Positions 1-8,657 of a DNA stretch of 64,000 bases are shown in pieces. The notes under the pieces were generated by a model. The model did not search any database. It was not told the DNA's origin and saw only the letters and a list, made by a program, of their open reading frames with translations. The stretch is from an uncultured virus (IMG/VR IMGVR_UViG_3300043419_000665). Its lineage: Duplodnaviria; Heunggongvirae; Uroviricota; Caudoviricetes. Every line of letters begins with the position of its first letter. The first letter of the stretch is position 1. The stretch covers positions 1 to 64,000 of the IMG/VR virus record IMGVR_UViG_3300043419_000665, one strand, 5' to 3'. The translations under genes were made by a program, and so were the position numbers.

Positions 1-1907
1 GTTTCTCCTGCATCCCCTGCTCTTTCTGCGAACTCAACAAACGCTGAAGCAAGTGCTGGATTGCCCTTCATCTGCTCAGCAATCTGTGCGACTTCTGATG
101 CCTTGATACCAAGGTCTCCAGCAATTTCTGCCTTTGCTTCTTGTGTTAAAGACTTTAGAGTTTGGCTAACTGCTGCTACCTGCTCTGCAGAAAGTTTAAC
201 TAATTTGTTATCCTTGCTTGTAAGGTTAGCAATAACTCCAGATAAATCTTCTGATGTACCAGTTCCCTTTTCAGGAATAAGTGCAGCAAGTTCTTCATCC
301 TTTATTTCAGGATTCTTTTCTGGCTCTGGTGTTGGTTCTGGCAATGGCTCTGGAGAAGGCTCTATAGAAGGCTCTATGGTAGGCTCTGGCTTTGGCTTAG
401 GCTCTTCTGTAGGTGTTGGCTTTGGCTCCTCTGGCTTTGTAGGTTCAGGCTTTGGATTCTCTGTTGGATCTGGCTTAGGGCCTGGCTGTGTTGGCTTTGG
501 ACCTGGCTCTTCTGTTCCAGTAACATTAGTTGGCTTTGGCTCTGGTTTATCTGTTGGTGGTGTAGAAGGCTTTGGCTTTTCTGGTTCAACAGTAGGCTTT
601 GGTGAAGGCTCTGGCTTAGGTTGATTTGCTGCAGCGTTTGCTGCTGCTTGCGCTATAGCCATTTGAATTTCTCTTTGCAACTGCTTGTCATAATAATTCC
701 AGGCATCTTGAATTGCATTATTAACATCATTAACTGCTTCATTAAAATCATTTATCGCATTATCTTTTTCAGACAAAGCATCTGCTGTATTATTTACTGC
801 GTTGTCGTACTCAGATTCTTTGTTTATTAGTGTTTGATTCAAGGAGTTTAGTATTGCGACTTCTTGGTTGTATACATTTAACTTATCATTATATTCTGAC
901 AAGGCATTATTATAATCTTGTTGTGCTGCATTTCGTGTTGCAAGTGCTTGATTATAGGCATCTATTTCTGACTGTGTTGGTCCTGATCCAGATGAGAATG
1001 TATTAAGATTACAAGAGAATCCTACTCCCCATCCACCAGTATAATCACAACCTGCTCCAGTCCACCCTCCAGGTATTGCCCATCCAAGATGATAAGATCC
1101 TGGTCCGCCTCCGTTATACCACCATACCTCTACATTTAAAGTTTTGTTTTGACTTACATCATATACTGGAGAGTATGCACTCCATGTTGCCCCTTGCTCA
1201 CGCCAGTTATTAACTGCAAGATTTCCATTAACAAACATTCTAAAACCATCGTCTGTGTATCCTGCAAAATATGTTGATGTCCAGTGATTCGGCACTGTTA
1301 TTTGTCCAGTAAACTTAACTATAAAATTTTGATATCTATTTCCACAAACTGGAAGTTGCATTGAGTTAGAGTTCCAAGTTCCTTCGCATAGCACAGATCC
1401 TGGGGTAGCGACATTACCCTGTCTAACAAGAGTATAAACAGTGTATGCCAAACCTGGACCTCCAGAAGACTGCATATTAGACTGTGTGGTTTGGAGATTG
1501 ATGTTGGCTATATTCAGAGAATCCTGGGCATCGTTCTTATCCTTAAAGGCATTGTTTCTATTCTCAAGAGCAATTGCTACTGTGGCTGTCTGCCCATCTA
1601 CATTTGACTGGGCAAGTTCTACTTCTTCTAATGCTAATTCTTCTGCTTCTACTGCATCTTCATAGTCTTTAATTGAGGCATCTCTTACATCCAGCAGATT
1701 TTTGGCGTACATAAACTTGTTCTCTGCTATGTCAATCATGTCTATTAGACCATCTTTATAGTCTAATTTATCTACTGCGCTATTGAGGTTTTCAATCTGC
1801 TTGGCTGCAACAGTTAGAGGGTCGTCAGAATGAGCCTCTGTAGGGGCTATTATGAGCCATCCAAAGGCTAATATTGTAGCGATTGCTATGCGTGATAATC
1901 GTTTTAT
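1..1907 (-). CDS. Secreted/surface protein: signal peptide, coiled coil, PA14-like domain, coiled coil, Pro/Glu/Lys/Thr-rich stalk; runs off the window end
   Basis: Absent from the ORF track (no stop in window); translated by hand in segments that share one frame. N-terminus IKRLSRIAIATILAFGWLIIAPTEAHS; PA14-like NFIVKFTGQITVP..YTDDGFRMFVNGNLAVNNW..VEVWWYNGGGPG (about 1080-1460); PEPK/PT-rich stalk about 320-620. Start appears to be ATA at 1907. Confidence 0.8.
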   Translation of the reverse strand, partial: MKRLSRIAIATILAFGWLIIAPTEAHSDDPLTVAAKQIENLNSAVDKLDYKDGLIDMIDIAENKFMYAKNLLDVRDASIKDYEDAVEAEELALEEVELAQSNVDGQTATVAIALENRNNAFKDKNDAQDSLNIANINLQTTQSNMQSSGGPGLAYTVYTLVRQGNVATPGSVLCEGTWNSNSMQLPVCGNRYQNFIVKFTGQITVPNHWTSTYFAGYTDDGFRMFVNGNLAVNNWREQGATWSAYSPVYDVSQNKTLNVEVWWYNGGGPGSYHLGWAIPGGWTGAGCDYTGGWGVGFSCNLNTFSSGSGPTQSEIDAYNQALATRNAAQQDYNNALSEYNDKLNVYNQEVAILNSLNQTLINKESEYDNAVNNTADALSEKDNAINDFNEAVNDVNNAIQDAWNYYDKQLQREIQMAIAQAAANAAANQPKPEPSPKPTVEPEKPKPSTPPTDKPEPKPTNVTGTEEPGPKPTQPGPKPDPTENPKPEPTKPEEPKPTPTEEPKPKPEPTIEPSIEPSPEPLPEPTPEPEKNPEIKDEELAALIPEKGTGTSEDLSGVIANLTSKDNKLVKLSAEQVAAVSQTLKSLTQEAKAEIAGDLGIKASEVAQIAEQMKGNPALASAFVEFAERAGDAGE

Positions 1908-1945
1908 TTGCCTTCCCCCTTGCAGACGACATGTCTGATAGGATG

Positions 1946-1954
1946 ATTATACCA
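1946..1954 (-). promoter_or_regulatory. Extended -10 promoter TGGTATAAT for the PA14 gene
   Basis: TGnTATAAT directly after the upstream terminator and ahead of a purine-rich RBS AGGGGGAAGG. Confidence 0.65.
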
Positions 1955-1965
1955 TTTTATTGCAC

Positions 1966-1998
1966 AAAAAAAGGGCTACCGTAATTGGTAACCCCTTT
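1966..1998 (-). terminator. Rho-independent terminator
   Basis: GGGTTACC-AATTAC-GGTAGCCC stem-loop followed by T7 on the minus strand, just after the 379-aa gene. Confidence 0.8.
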
Positions 1999-2011
1999 AA
2001 TGTTGGACTAA

Positions 2012-3151
2012 TTACTTAACAAGAGTAACCTTAGCCTTTGGATTCTTTGCATTCCATTGGCGAGCCAACTTGTTGAAAGCATCCTTAAGTGACTTGATTG
2101 CTGCAGCATTATCTGCTGTCAACTTAGCAACGACTGCATCATGTGCAACCTTTACATCAGCAAGTGCCTTATCTGAAGCAACCTTTGCATCTGCTAGTGC
2201 CTTTGCTGAAGCAGCCTTCTCTGCTGCTAGAGCAGCATCTGAAGCAACCTTTGCAGCAGCAGCATCCACAGCAGCCTTTAGAACTGCAGCATCTGCTACA
2301 GCCTTAGCAGCAAGTGCTGCATCCTTAGCAGCCTTTTCTGCAGCAAGTTCTGTGATTAGATCACGAACAGCAATTTCTGCAAATGGTGCAAGTGTACGAG
2401 CAGTTAGACCTACTACGTCTGCAGAAGCAGCATCAGAAGATGTTGTTGGTGCAAATGTGATAAGTGCTCGTGAGCCAGTTGTTGGAAGAGTTGCCTTGAA
2501 GGTTGCTGTTCCAAAATCTGCAAGTGTAGCACCAGTTGTTACTGTTGCTGTGTCTAGTGTTGCTGTTGCAGCAAAGACTGTTGCAGTAATTGACTTACCA
2601 GATACCTTATTACCAAATGCATCTGTTGCAGTTACTGTAATGTCCTGCTTTGTTCCTGCTGCACCTGATGTAGGTGCTGCAACTGTTAGGTTATTAATCT
2701 TTCCAGCAGTTCCCTGTACATAGTATGTAAGGGTTGTTCCACCGTTGTTGATTACAACTGTACCAATTGCTGTTGTCTTTGTGTAGACAAAAAATGTTGC
2801 AGTTGTTCCAGTACCTGTTGCAATTGTCAAAGATGATGATCCTGACGATGCTCCTACTGGTGCTGCTGATGTGTTTAGTGCTGATACGATTGTTGCGTTA
2901 GTTGCTACTGCAGAAACTGATGTTCCTGCTGCTACTGTTGCTACAAAACGCAATGCATCTGTTGCATCAATTACGTTATCTTCTGGGACTGGCAATGCAG
3001 CAGGTGTAGCAATTACACCGTTAGTGGTGTTTGCTGTACCATTTAGCGTTACTGCGACTGTCATTACTGTAGCATTTGCAGGTGCTACTGCGACCATGCC
3101 CAAAGTCATGGCTGCAACCACGGCTAGTGCGATCTTCTTGAATGAATTCAT
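2012..3151 (-). CDS. Secreted Thr/Ala/Val-rich surface protein (Ig-like beta domains plus C-terminal Ala/Lys coiled coil)
   Basis: Sec signal MNSFKKIALAVVAAMTLGMVAVAPANA (AxA); Big-like motif ITVTATDAFGNKVSG; AAKA/ADAK heptads at the C-terminus. Confidence 0.7.
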   Translation of the reverse strand: MNSFKKIALAVVAAMTLGMVAVAPANATVMTVAVTLNGTANTTNGVIATPAALPVPEDNVIDATDALRFVATVAAGTSVSAVATNATIVSALNTSAAPVGASSGSSSLTIATGTGTTATFFVYTKTTAIGTVVINNGGTTLTYYVQGTAGKINNLTVAAPTSGAAGTKQDITVTATDAFGNKVSGKSITATVFAATATLDTATVTTGATLADFGTATFKATLPTTGSRALITFAPTTSSDAASADVVGLTARTLAPFAEIAVRDLITELAAEKAAKDAALAAKAVADAAVLKAAVDAAAAKVASDAALAAEKAASAKALADAKVASDKALADVKVAHDAVVAKLTADNAAAIKSLKDAFNKLARQWNAKNPKAKVTLVK

Positions 3152-3167
3152 TCGTATTTCTCCTTAT

Positions 3168-4949
3168 TTATAGTAGATTAAATCTATCCAGATAATCTTT
3201 TACATCATCTGGCATAGGTTTATATTGTATCACGTTGTCAGGTAGTTCGTCAACTCGCTTAGATCTATCTCTAAAAGTGTGAACCTCTACCTCAGTGTCT
3301 ATATTTTTAGGGGTATGAGATATAGCCCCAAAAATAGCACCACACACAGCATCAGCCAAGTCCTTTGACTTTTTGCGTGGGTGGTCAACTCTATCATTTT
3401 TCATAATTTTTAACTGTGTTAGTTCATCAAATAATAAATCAATTGCTGGCATGGCAAGTCTTTCCTCGTAAACAAGCATAGCCATATCTTCGTAGTGCTT
3501 CTTAGCAACAGAAACAGTATCTGTTCTCATTCCAACCTGCTTCAACTCATTCTGAATATCAAAGGATTGCCAGCGGTCAAAAGAAACCATGCCAATATCA
3601 AACCCAAGTCTTCTAAGGTTCTGAATCCACTGTTTAACCTCAGATAGGTTAACTGGGCCCTCAACCTTTGGCTCCCACCATGCTACTGCATCTACTACTA
3701 CTATAGGGGCCACCTGTTCATAATTGTTAATTACTTGAATGTTTACCCATTTTTCTACATGTGCAATTGCTACGGCACACTTGTCATGCTTTTGTGCAAG
3801 GTCAGCGTGTACATAATATTTCTTAGTTGGGTCTGGTTTAAATGCTTCATCAAACCTTTTAAATGTATCTACTGGGTTTCTTAATGTCATGCAGGCTCTT
3901 ACTTTATCTGCCTGCTTAAAGAATGCATCCGATGCAAATGTTGGTACACATGCAAAACGCATCATTGCATCACCAAGGTCTGTCATGAATGCAATCATGA
4001 AATCATCTATCTTACGAGTAGGGTTTACTTCCCATGTAGGTCTCTTTAGTGCAAATACTCCAGGATATTTGTATGATGTAATCTGATCTTCATCCCACGA
4101 AATTTCAAATGTGTTGTCTGGGCTATCTTCTGGAAGCAATGGATTAATAGTAAACTTGTGTGTTCTTTCTATTACTTCCTTTTCAGCAACAACATCATCA
4201 TATCTTTCTGAAATAAAGTCACCTGGATAGCGTGGGAATGAAAGCAAAACAACCTTGCCAAGGTCTGGGAATCGAGAGTCTACTGATCCACGGAAAGCCT
4301 TGTAGATATTATCAGCAGTCTTTCCTTGTTCATTGCCTGTTCCGACCTCAGATGCAAAACCAGAAATCTCATCAAGCACTGCAAGAAGAAGGTTCAAGCC
4401 CTCATGTGATTCACGCTCTGAGTGACCAGAGTAAACAGTAATTGATTTATCAAATTCAATTGAGTCAGCCTTTGCATAATACTTTCCAGCAAACCAAGGA
4501 GATCTTTCAATCTTTGATTTAAAACCTTTAAAGAAAACATTCTTAGCCTGTTGAGCGTTAATCGCTACGTTAATCAAGTCAATAGCATCTCCAGAGGGCT
4601 TACCAAAATACTTTGCTGGGTCTTTAAGGCATAGAAGTTTATATACGATATATGAACAGGCTACAGTTGATGTGAAGTCTTTTCCAGATCCCTTGCCAAG
4701 TTGCAGGATAATCTCGTTCTTTGTGTACTTATTATAGTACTGGGTTCCTTTTTCTTCCCCCATAATATTTATCAAATCCTCTTTGCGGTAGATCTGACTC
4801 ATTGCTTCTACGATATCGTATTGAATATCAGAAAGTGGGGGCTGTCCAAGGTATGCTTCACCTTCTACAAACGTTCTTGCATCTACTGGGGTCTCATTAA
4901 AATGATCATCCTGTAGTGCCTCTAAGAACTCATTGAACATCGTGGACAA
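3168..4949 (-). CDS. terL: Terminase large subunit
   Basis: Walker A GKGSGKD, Walker B LLAVLDE, RNase H-like nuclease HADLA...FDRWQS...DHP..SKDLADA; TTG start with GAGGTG RBS. Confidence 0.9.
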   Translation of the reverse strand: MSTMFNEFLEALQDDHFNETPVDARTFVEGEAYLGQPPLSDIQYDIVEAMSQIYRKEDLINIMGEEKGTQYYNKYTKNEIILQLGKGSGKDFTSTVACSYIVYKLLCLKDPAKYFGKPSGDAIDLINVAINAQQAKNVFFKGFKSKIERSPWFAGKYYAKADSIEFDKSITVYSGHSERESHEGLNLLLAVLDEISGFASEVGTGNEQGKTADNIYKAFRGSVDSRFPDLGKVVLLSFPRYPGDFISERYDDVVAEKEVIERTHKFTINPLLPEDSPDNTFEISWDEDQITSYKYPGVFALKRPTWEVNPTRKIDDFMIAFMTDLGDAMMRFACVPTFASDAFFKQADKVRACMTLRNPVDTFKRFDEAFKPDPTKKYYVHADLAQKHDKCAVAIAHVEKWVNIQVINNYEQVAPIVVVDAVAWWEPKVEGPVNLSEVKQWIQNLRRLGFDIGMVSFDRWQSFDIQNELKQVGMRTDTVSVAKKHYEDMAMLVYEERLAMPAIDLLFDELTQLKIMKNDRVDHPRKKSKDLADAVCGAIFGAISHTPKNIDTEVEVHTFRDRSKRVDELPDNVIQYKPMPDDVKDYLDRFNLL

Positions 4950-5466
4950 CGGTAATCACCTCATTGTTTTTTGCAAATGAAGATAGCCTACGCATAATCT
5001 CATCACGAACCTGTGGGTACTCTGAGGCAATATCTTTTAGAATAAGAACAAGGATCTCTTGACGCTTTTCAATTTCCATCATCTCTTCTGCAAGTTCTTT
5101 ATTCTCAAGAAGTCCAGCCTTTTGTAGCATGTCAATACGCTTAGACTCAATGTCCATTACAAGTTTGATGGCAGCAGTCTTTGCGCTAAGGTTATTTGTC
5201 ATAGACGCTTCATCAATAACTTCGTATGTACGAGACACTAACTTGCTATAGTGTGTGTCTGCTGCTGCTAGTGCCTCTTTAGCACGAGCACGGATAGCAT
5301 CGTTAGCAGATGCCATAACCTTCCACTCATTGATAAGTGTAACGACTCTTTGTCTTGGAATATCAAGTTGTTTTGAAATTACAGTTGGGTCGTTGCCCTT
5401 TAGGTATTCTTCTACTACTTGATTAACTTGGTCAAGGTGCTTAACTAAATCATCTTCAGTTGACAT
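4930..5466 (-). CDS. Probable terminase small subunit (N-terminal HTH plus helical oligomerisation region)
   Basis: HTH-like YLKGNDPTVISKQLDIPRQRV; overlaps the terL start. Confidence 0.55.
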   Translation of the reverse strand: MSTEDDLVKHLDQVNQVVEEYLKGNDPTVISKQLDIPRQRVVTLINEWKVMASANDAIRARAKEALAAADTHYSKLVSRTYEVIDEASMTNNLSAKTAAIKLVMDIESKRIDMLQKAGLLENKELAEEMMEIEKRQEILVLILKDIASEYPQVRDEIMRRLSSFAKNNEVITVVHDVQ

Positions 5467-5698
5467 ACTTGCCCTCTAGCCTATTTATTTCATCTTTTAT
5501 GTAGAAGATTGCTTTCTCAAGATCCTGAATGGTTTTTGATTCATCCTTGATTCCTGCTCTCCATAAATACTTAAATGCATTTCCAATGTTGAAGTTGCGA
5601 TGTCTTGTTATCTGAATACACTCTACACCAGAAGGATCTGTTGTGTAGTGAGTTGGATGATTGACTTGATCAACAGTTATATTTAGGCTCTCACTCAT
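5456..5698 (-). CDS. DUF3310 / T7 gp1.7-like putative nucleotide kinase
   Basis: DQVNHPTHY..GVECI..FNIGNAFKYLWRAG.K..DLEKAIFY; start refined to MSESLN. Confidence 0.8.
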   Translation of the reverse strand: MSESLNITVDQVNHPTHYTTDPSGVECIQITRHRNFNIGNAFKYLWRAGIKDESKTIQDLEKAIFYIKDEINRLEGKYVN

Positions 5699-5813
5699 CG
5701 TCTTCCTCCCAATCAAACTCCTGTGGCATATTCCGCAGTGTTGCAGTTGCATACGAAATACCAACTGCTGCTACCAATGATAATACAAAAAGAATGTACT
5801 TAATCTTTTTCAT
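5691..5813 (-). CDS. 40-aa single-pass membrane/secreted peptide
   Basis: Hand-translated MKKIKYILFVLSLVAAVGISYATATLRNMPQEFDWEEDDE; overlaps both neighbouring genes. Confidence 0.65.
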   Translation of the reverse strand: MKKIKYILFVLSLVAAVGISYATATLRNMPQEFDWEEDDE

Positions 5814-5965
5814 CGCTTTGATTTCCTTAATCCAAATTTAGCAAGGTAAACATAGACAGTTTCTAATGAGCATCCACATTCCTTTGCAATATCTTCTGGT
5901 GTTTTTTTATCCATAAGATATCTCTTACGCATAAATGTTTCACTTGTATATAGTTTAGCACCCAT
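5810..5965 (-). CDS. 51-aa helix-turn-helix DNA-binding protein
   Basis: Hand-translated MGAKLYTSETFMRKRYLMDKKTPEDIAKECGCSLETVYVYLAKFGLRKSKR; ATGA overlap with the next gene. Confidence 0.7.
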   Translation of the reverse strand: MGAKLYTSETFMRKRYLMDKKTPEDIAKECGCSLETVYVYLAKFGLRKSKR

Positions 5966-5976
5966 GAGATTAATTG

Positions 5977-6615
5977 TCAAGCCTCCATCTCATTAATTTC
6001 ATAATTGAATCTGTCAGAGTTTTCTAAGATCCATTTATCCTGATTTTCAACGTCATATTTTCTTTCATTAATTATTCTATCAATCAAGTATTCTTTTTCA
6101 AGGGTAAATGAAGGCTCATAAATACGCACTCTATTGTTAGGTTGAATCGCAAAGTTTCCGTCATCTCTTTGTATTACGTGTCCACACTTATGATCTGCAG
6201 GGCTTTCAGAGTATCCGTCATCTAAAACATTTGTATCTGGATTGTGCCAGTCTAATGTAAATAGATATGTACCCTTGTGCATTGTCTTTGTTCTGTCAAT
6301 GTAAGACATTCTAAGATTTGTTAGATTTTCAAATCTTGTTACAGCAATGTGATGACTGAAAGAATTCCATAATACCAGGTTGTGTAGGTCTGGCTCAGGT
6401 ATACCTGGCTCTGTGCAAAAGGCAGAGATAGGAAGTCTCCACCAAAGACCACCATCTGGCATCATAATATGAAATAGTGGGCTTCTAGACTTTAAACTTG
6501 ATACGCCAAAGACGACACACTCAAAGTATTTGTCATGACTATCTTGGTGATTTCTTAAATAATTTCCTCTTACATAGCAATGTATTGGTGGTATGTTTGC
6601 ATTTAACTCTGGCAT
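5977..6615 (-). CDS. Hypothetical phage protein (212 aa)
   Basis: Clean coupled ORF; no motif I can assign to a function. Confidence 0.6.
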   Translation of the reverse strand: MPELNANIPPIHCYVRGNYLRNHQDSHDKYFECVVFGVSSLKSRSPLFHIMMPDGGLWWRLPISAFCTEPGIPEPDLHNLVLWNSFSHHIAVTRFENLTNLRMSYIDRTKTMHKGTYLFTLDWHNPDTNVLDDGYSESPADHKCGHVIQRDDGNFAIQPNNRVRIYEPSFTLEKEYLIDRIINERKYDVENQDKWILENSDRFNYEINEMEA

Positions 6616-7211
6616 TATTCAGTCCCTCCTACTGCTTTATTCCAATTCTTCATTGCCCAGTGGCCAATACCACAGGCATCTGCTACATCATTATCTGTAA
6701 TTGTTCTATCGTATTGCATGTTAATAAAACTAATCGTTCTTTGCTTTCGTATTTCTCTTTCGTAAGACTTGAGCCATGACTCTGACTTCCCTGGATTTTG
6801 TGACTTAATAAATAGTTTTTCATCTTTAGAAATCTTCTTGTTTCCAATAAAGTTCTGCCAAGTAATTGGTGCTACCTTGCCTATAATCTTAGTACCAGAC
6901 TGTCCTGCTGCTCCAAGTATTGCACCCTGAACAAGAGCAAGATCTGCAGCAGTCTTAGGGCTATTCATAAATACTGTGTGCTCAATAACGATAGCCTCAA
7001 AGCCTTCATATATATCAAGGAAAGCCTTTACTTTTTGTCCAGCATCCATAACCTTTTCGTAGGTATTCTTGCCTTTAAAATTAATCTTGCCTACCGACTT
7101 TAATGTTTTTTCTTGAGTATTGAAAATAGCAAAGGCAAGACTATTAGTGCTTGCATCTATAGCACAAATAGTTTTTGGAGGTTTATTTCCTATTGCCTCT
7201 GCTAGTTTCAT
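6615..7211 (-). CDS. RuvC-like Holliday junction resolvase
   Basis: ICAIDASTNSLAFAIF...IVIE...NDVADACGI acidic RNase H-fold motif. Confidence 0.8.
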   Translation of the reverse strand: MKLAEAIGNKPPKTICAIDASTNSLAFAIFNTQEKTLKSVGKINFKGKNTYEKVMDAGQKVKAFLDIYEGFEAIVIEHTVFMNSPKTAADLALVQGAILGAAGQSGTKIIGKVAPITWQNFIGNKKISKDEKLFIKSQNPGKSESWLKSYEREIRKQRTISFINMQYDRTITDNDVADACGIGHWAMKNWNKAVGGTE

Positions 7212-7483
7212 TTTAAATTATCCTTTATTTCTTTTAGTGCTTTTGCTACGTCAGAAGGATTTACATTACACTTTACACAAAGACTTTCATCATTATATAT
7301 TGACAAAGGTTCTTTGCATGACTTGCAAGTTCTTTCCTTCCCCTTTCTTTTTTGTCGTCTATAAATTATATACCTTGCAGCAATTTTTTCTTTAGTAGAC
7401 ATATCTCTACATTCAGGTGAACAATATATCTGATAAGTTATATCTGTTTTAAATTGTTTGTCACACCATTGACAATGTTTCAT
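7208..7483 (-). CDS. Zinc-finger protein
   Basis: CQWC, YCSPEC, CKSC, CVKC. Confidence 0.65.
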   Translation of the reverse strand: MKHCQWCDKQFKTDITYQIYCSPECRDMSTKEKIAARYIIYRRQKRKGKERTCKSCKEPLSIYNDESLCVKCNVNPSDVAKALKEIKDNLK

Positions 7484-8261
7484 CTAGTGGCTCCAAGGAC
7501 TTTAGTTTAAAGTCTCCCTTACCAGCATCTGCACAAGCCTTTTTAATAGGACATGATTTGCAAATTTTTGAATTTGAGCGATAGTTCTTTTCAGGAAGGG
7601 TTCTGTCGACCCAAGCCTTACGAACTGATCTCATCCATTCAAACGTCTGGTCTACCCACCGACGATAATAATCATTTACTTCTACTGGAAGGATTAGCAA
7701 CTCATGGTTATTTTTATTCTCATAAATAAGAACTGCCTTAGCCTTCTTCAGAATTTTCATATAAATTAACAACTGAATAAGGTGACCGCTCTTAGGCTTA
7801 TTGTGTGCCTTGCGGTATTCAAACCCTTCGTTCATCATTGTTTTAATTTCACCAAGGAGTTCTTCTCCCTGCCAATTAACAATAACATCTCCATAGCCAA
7901 AGATTGGTGGATCATTATGTGTGATCTTAAATTCAGAATCTACAAGGAAGTCTGGAACATTACCCATTGCTTCTTGAATTCTTTCGTGTGACTTTGTTCC
8001 TGCAGTCATGTTTGCTGCGCTGTATGGTGTTGCATCATCTTCAAACATTTGTCCATCAAAAGCAAGGTACCAGTATCTTGGGCACTCTCCATGCCCATAG
8101 GCAATGGTTGATGGAGCAAAGGTTTTCTTTTGTGTTTGCTTGTCTATGCGGGTTACAGTATAGCCAGACTGAATTTTTTCAGTAAGACCAGCAACATCTA
8201 TTGCGTGTACTGGTGGCTTTTCCTGCTTAACCATAATCTGCTGTAATAAACTTTTTGTCAT
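7461..8261 (-). CDS. Cas4-like / PD-(D/E)xK exonuclease with predicted Fe-S cluster
   Basis: PS..ECPR, GTKSHE, GYGD..GEIKT, QLLIY, CKSCPIKKAC. Confidence 0.8.
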   Translation of the reverse strand: MTKSLLQQIMVKQEKPPVHAIDVAGLTEKIQSGYTVTRIDKQTQKKTFAPSTIAYGHGECPRYWYLAFDGQMFEDDATPYSAANMTAGTKSHERIQEAMGNVPDFLVDSEFKITHNDPPIFGYGDVIVNWQGEELLGEIKTMMNEGFEYRKAHNKPKSGHLIQLLIYMKILKKAKAVLIYENKNNHELLILPVEVNDYYRRWVDQTFEWMRSVRKAWVDRTLPEKNYRSNSKICKSCPIKKACADAGKGDFKLKSLEPLDETLSMV

Positions 8262-8285
8262 GTTTTACTCGTTTCTATTAGTATA

Positions 8286-8294
8286 AGTATAGCA
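8286..8294 (-). promoter_or_regulatory. Extended -10 promoter TGCTATACT
   Basis: Intergenic TGnTATACT upstream of the exonuclease. Confidence 0.55.
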
Positions 8295-8296
8295 GA

Positions 8297-8602
8297 TTAA
8301 CGTGTGATGTACTTGAGTGCAGACACCAAATTATTAAGCGACTCTGCTGCCGTATAATAAAGATTCTTCTTTCCACGATCCGATTTGTCTACATTAGCCA
8401 TCCATGTTGCCTTAAATGCCATCTTTGCTGCGATGGCCTGCAATCTTACAATCTCCACGTGGGCAACATTGATTGGAATATCTGGCTTTATAATTAGTTT
8501 AGCAATCATTGTTAGTGCTATTGTTAATTCTTCGTCTTGCATATAGTCTGCAATCTCTGACAAACCATTTACCATATCAATTGTAGTATTTTCGTTTTGC
8601 AA
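8297..8602 (-). CDS. Hypothetical helical protein (101 aa)
   Basis: ORF track; fills the gap in the recombination cluster. Confidence 0.6.
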   Translation of the reverse strand: MQNENTTIDMVNGLSEIADYMQDEELTIALTMIAKLIIKPDIPINVAHVEIVRLQAIAAKMAFKATWMANVDKSDRGKKNLYYTAAESLNNLVSALKYITR

Positions 8603-8657
8603 TTTTTTTCCGATCTAGTAGTTATTTTAAATTATTATAAATTATTTACCGATATTG

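Noticed and set aside
61..624. Plus-strand Gly/Ser/Phe-rich 187-aa ORF and the many other plus-strand ORFs (e.g. 2070-2723, 32112-32678, 43999-44640, 54396-54704)
   Set aside because: Antisense shadows of biased or repetitive minus-strand genes; no RBS/promoter support and no recognisable motifs.
5456..5764. Long upstream starts in the ORF track (also 9654, 14094, 17742, 25176, 38782, 61749)
   Set aside because: They overlap neighbouring genes, promoters or terminators; downstream ATGs have better coupling, RBS or leaderless spacing.
7461..8261. Cas4-like gene as evidence of CRISPR-Cas
   Set aside because: No repeat-spacer array or other cas genes seen; solo Cas4-like exonucleases are common in phage recombination modules.
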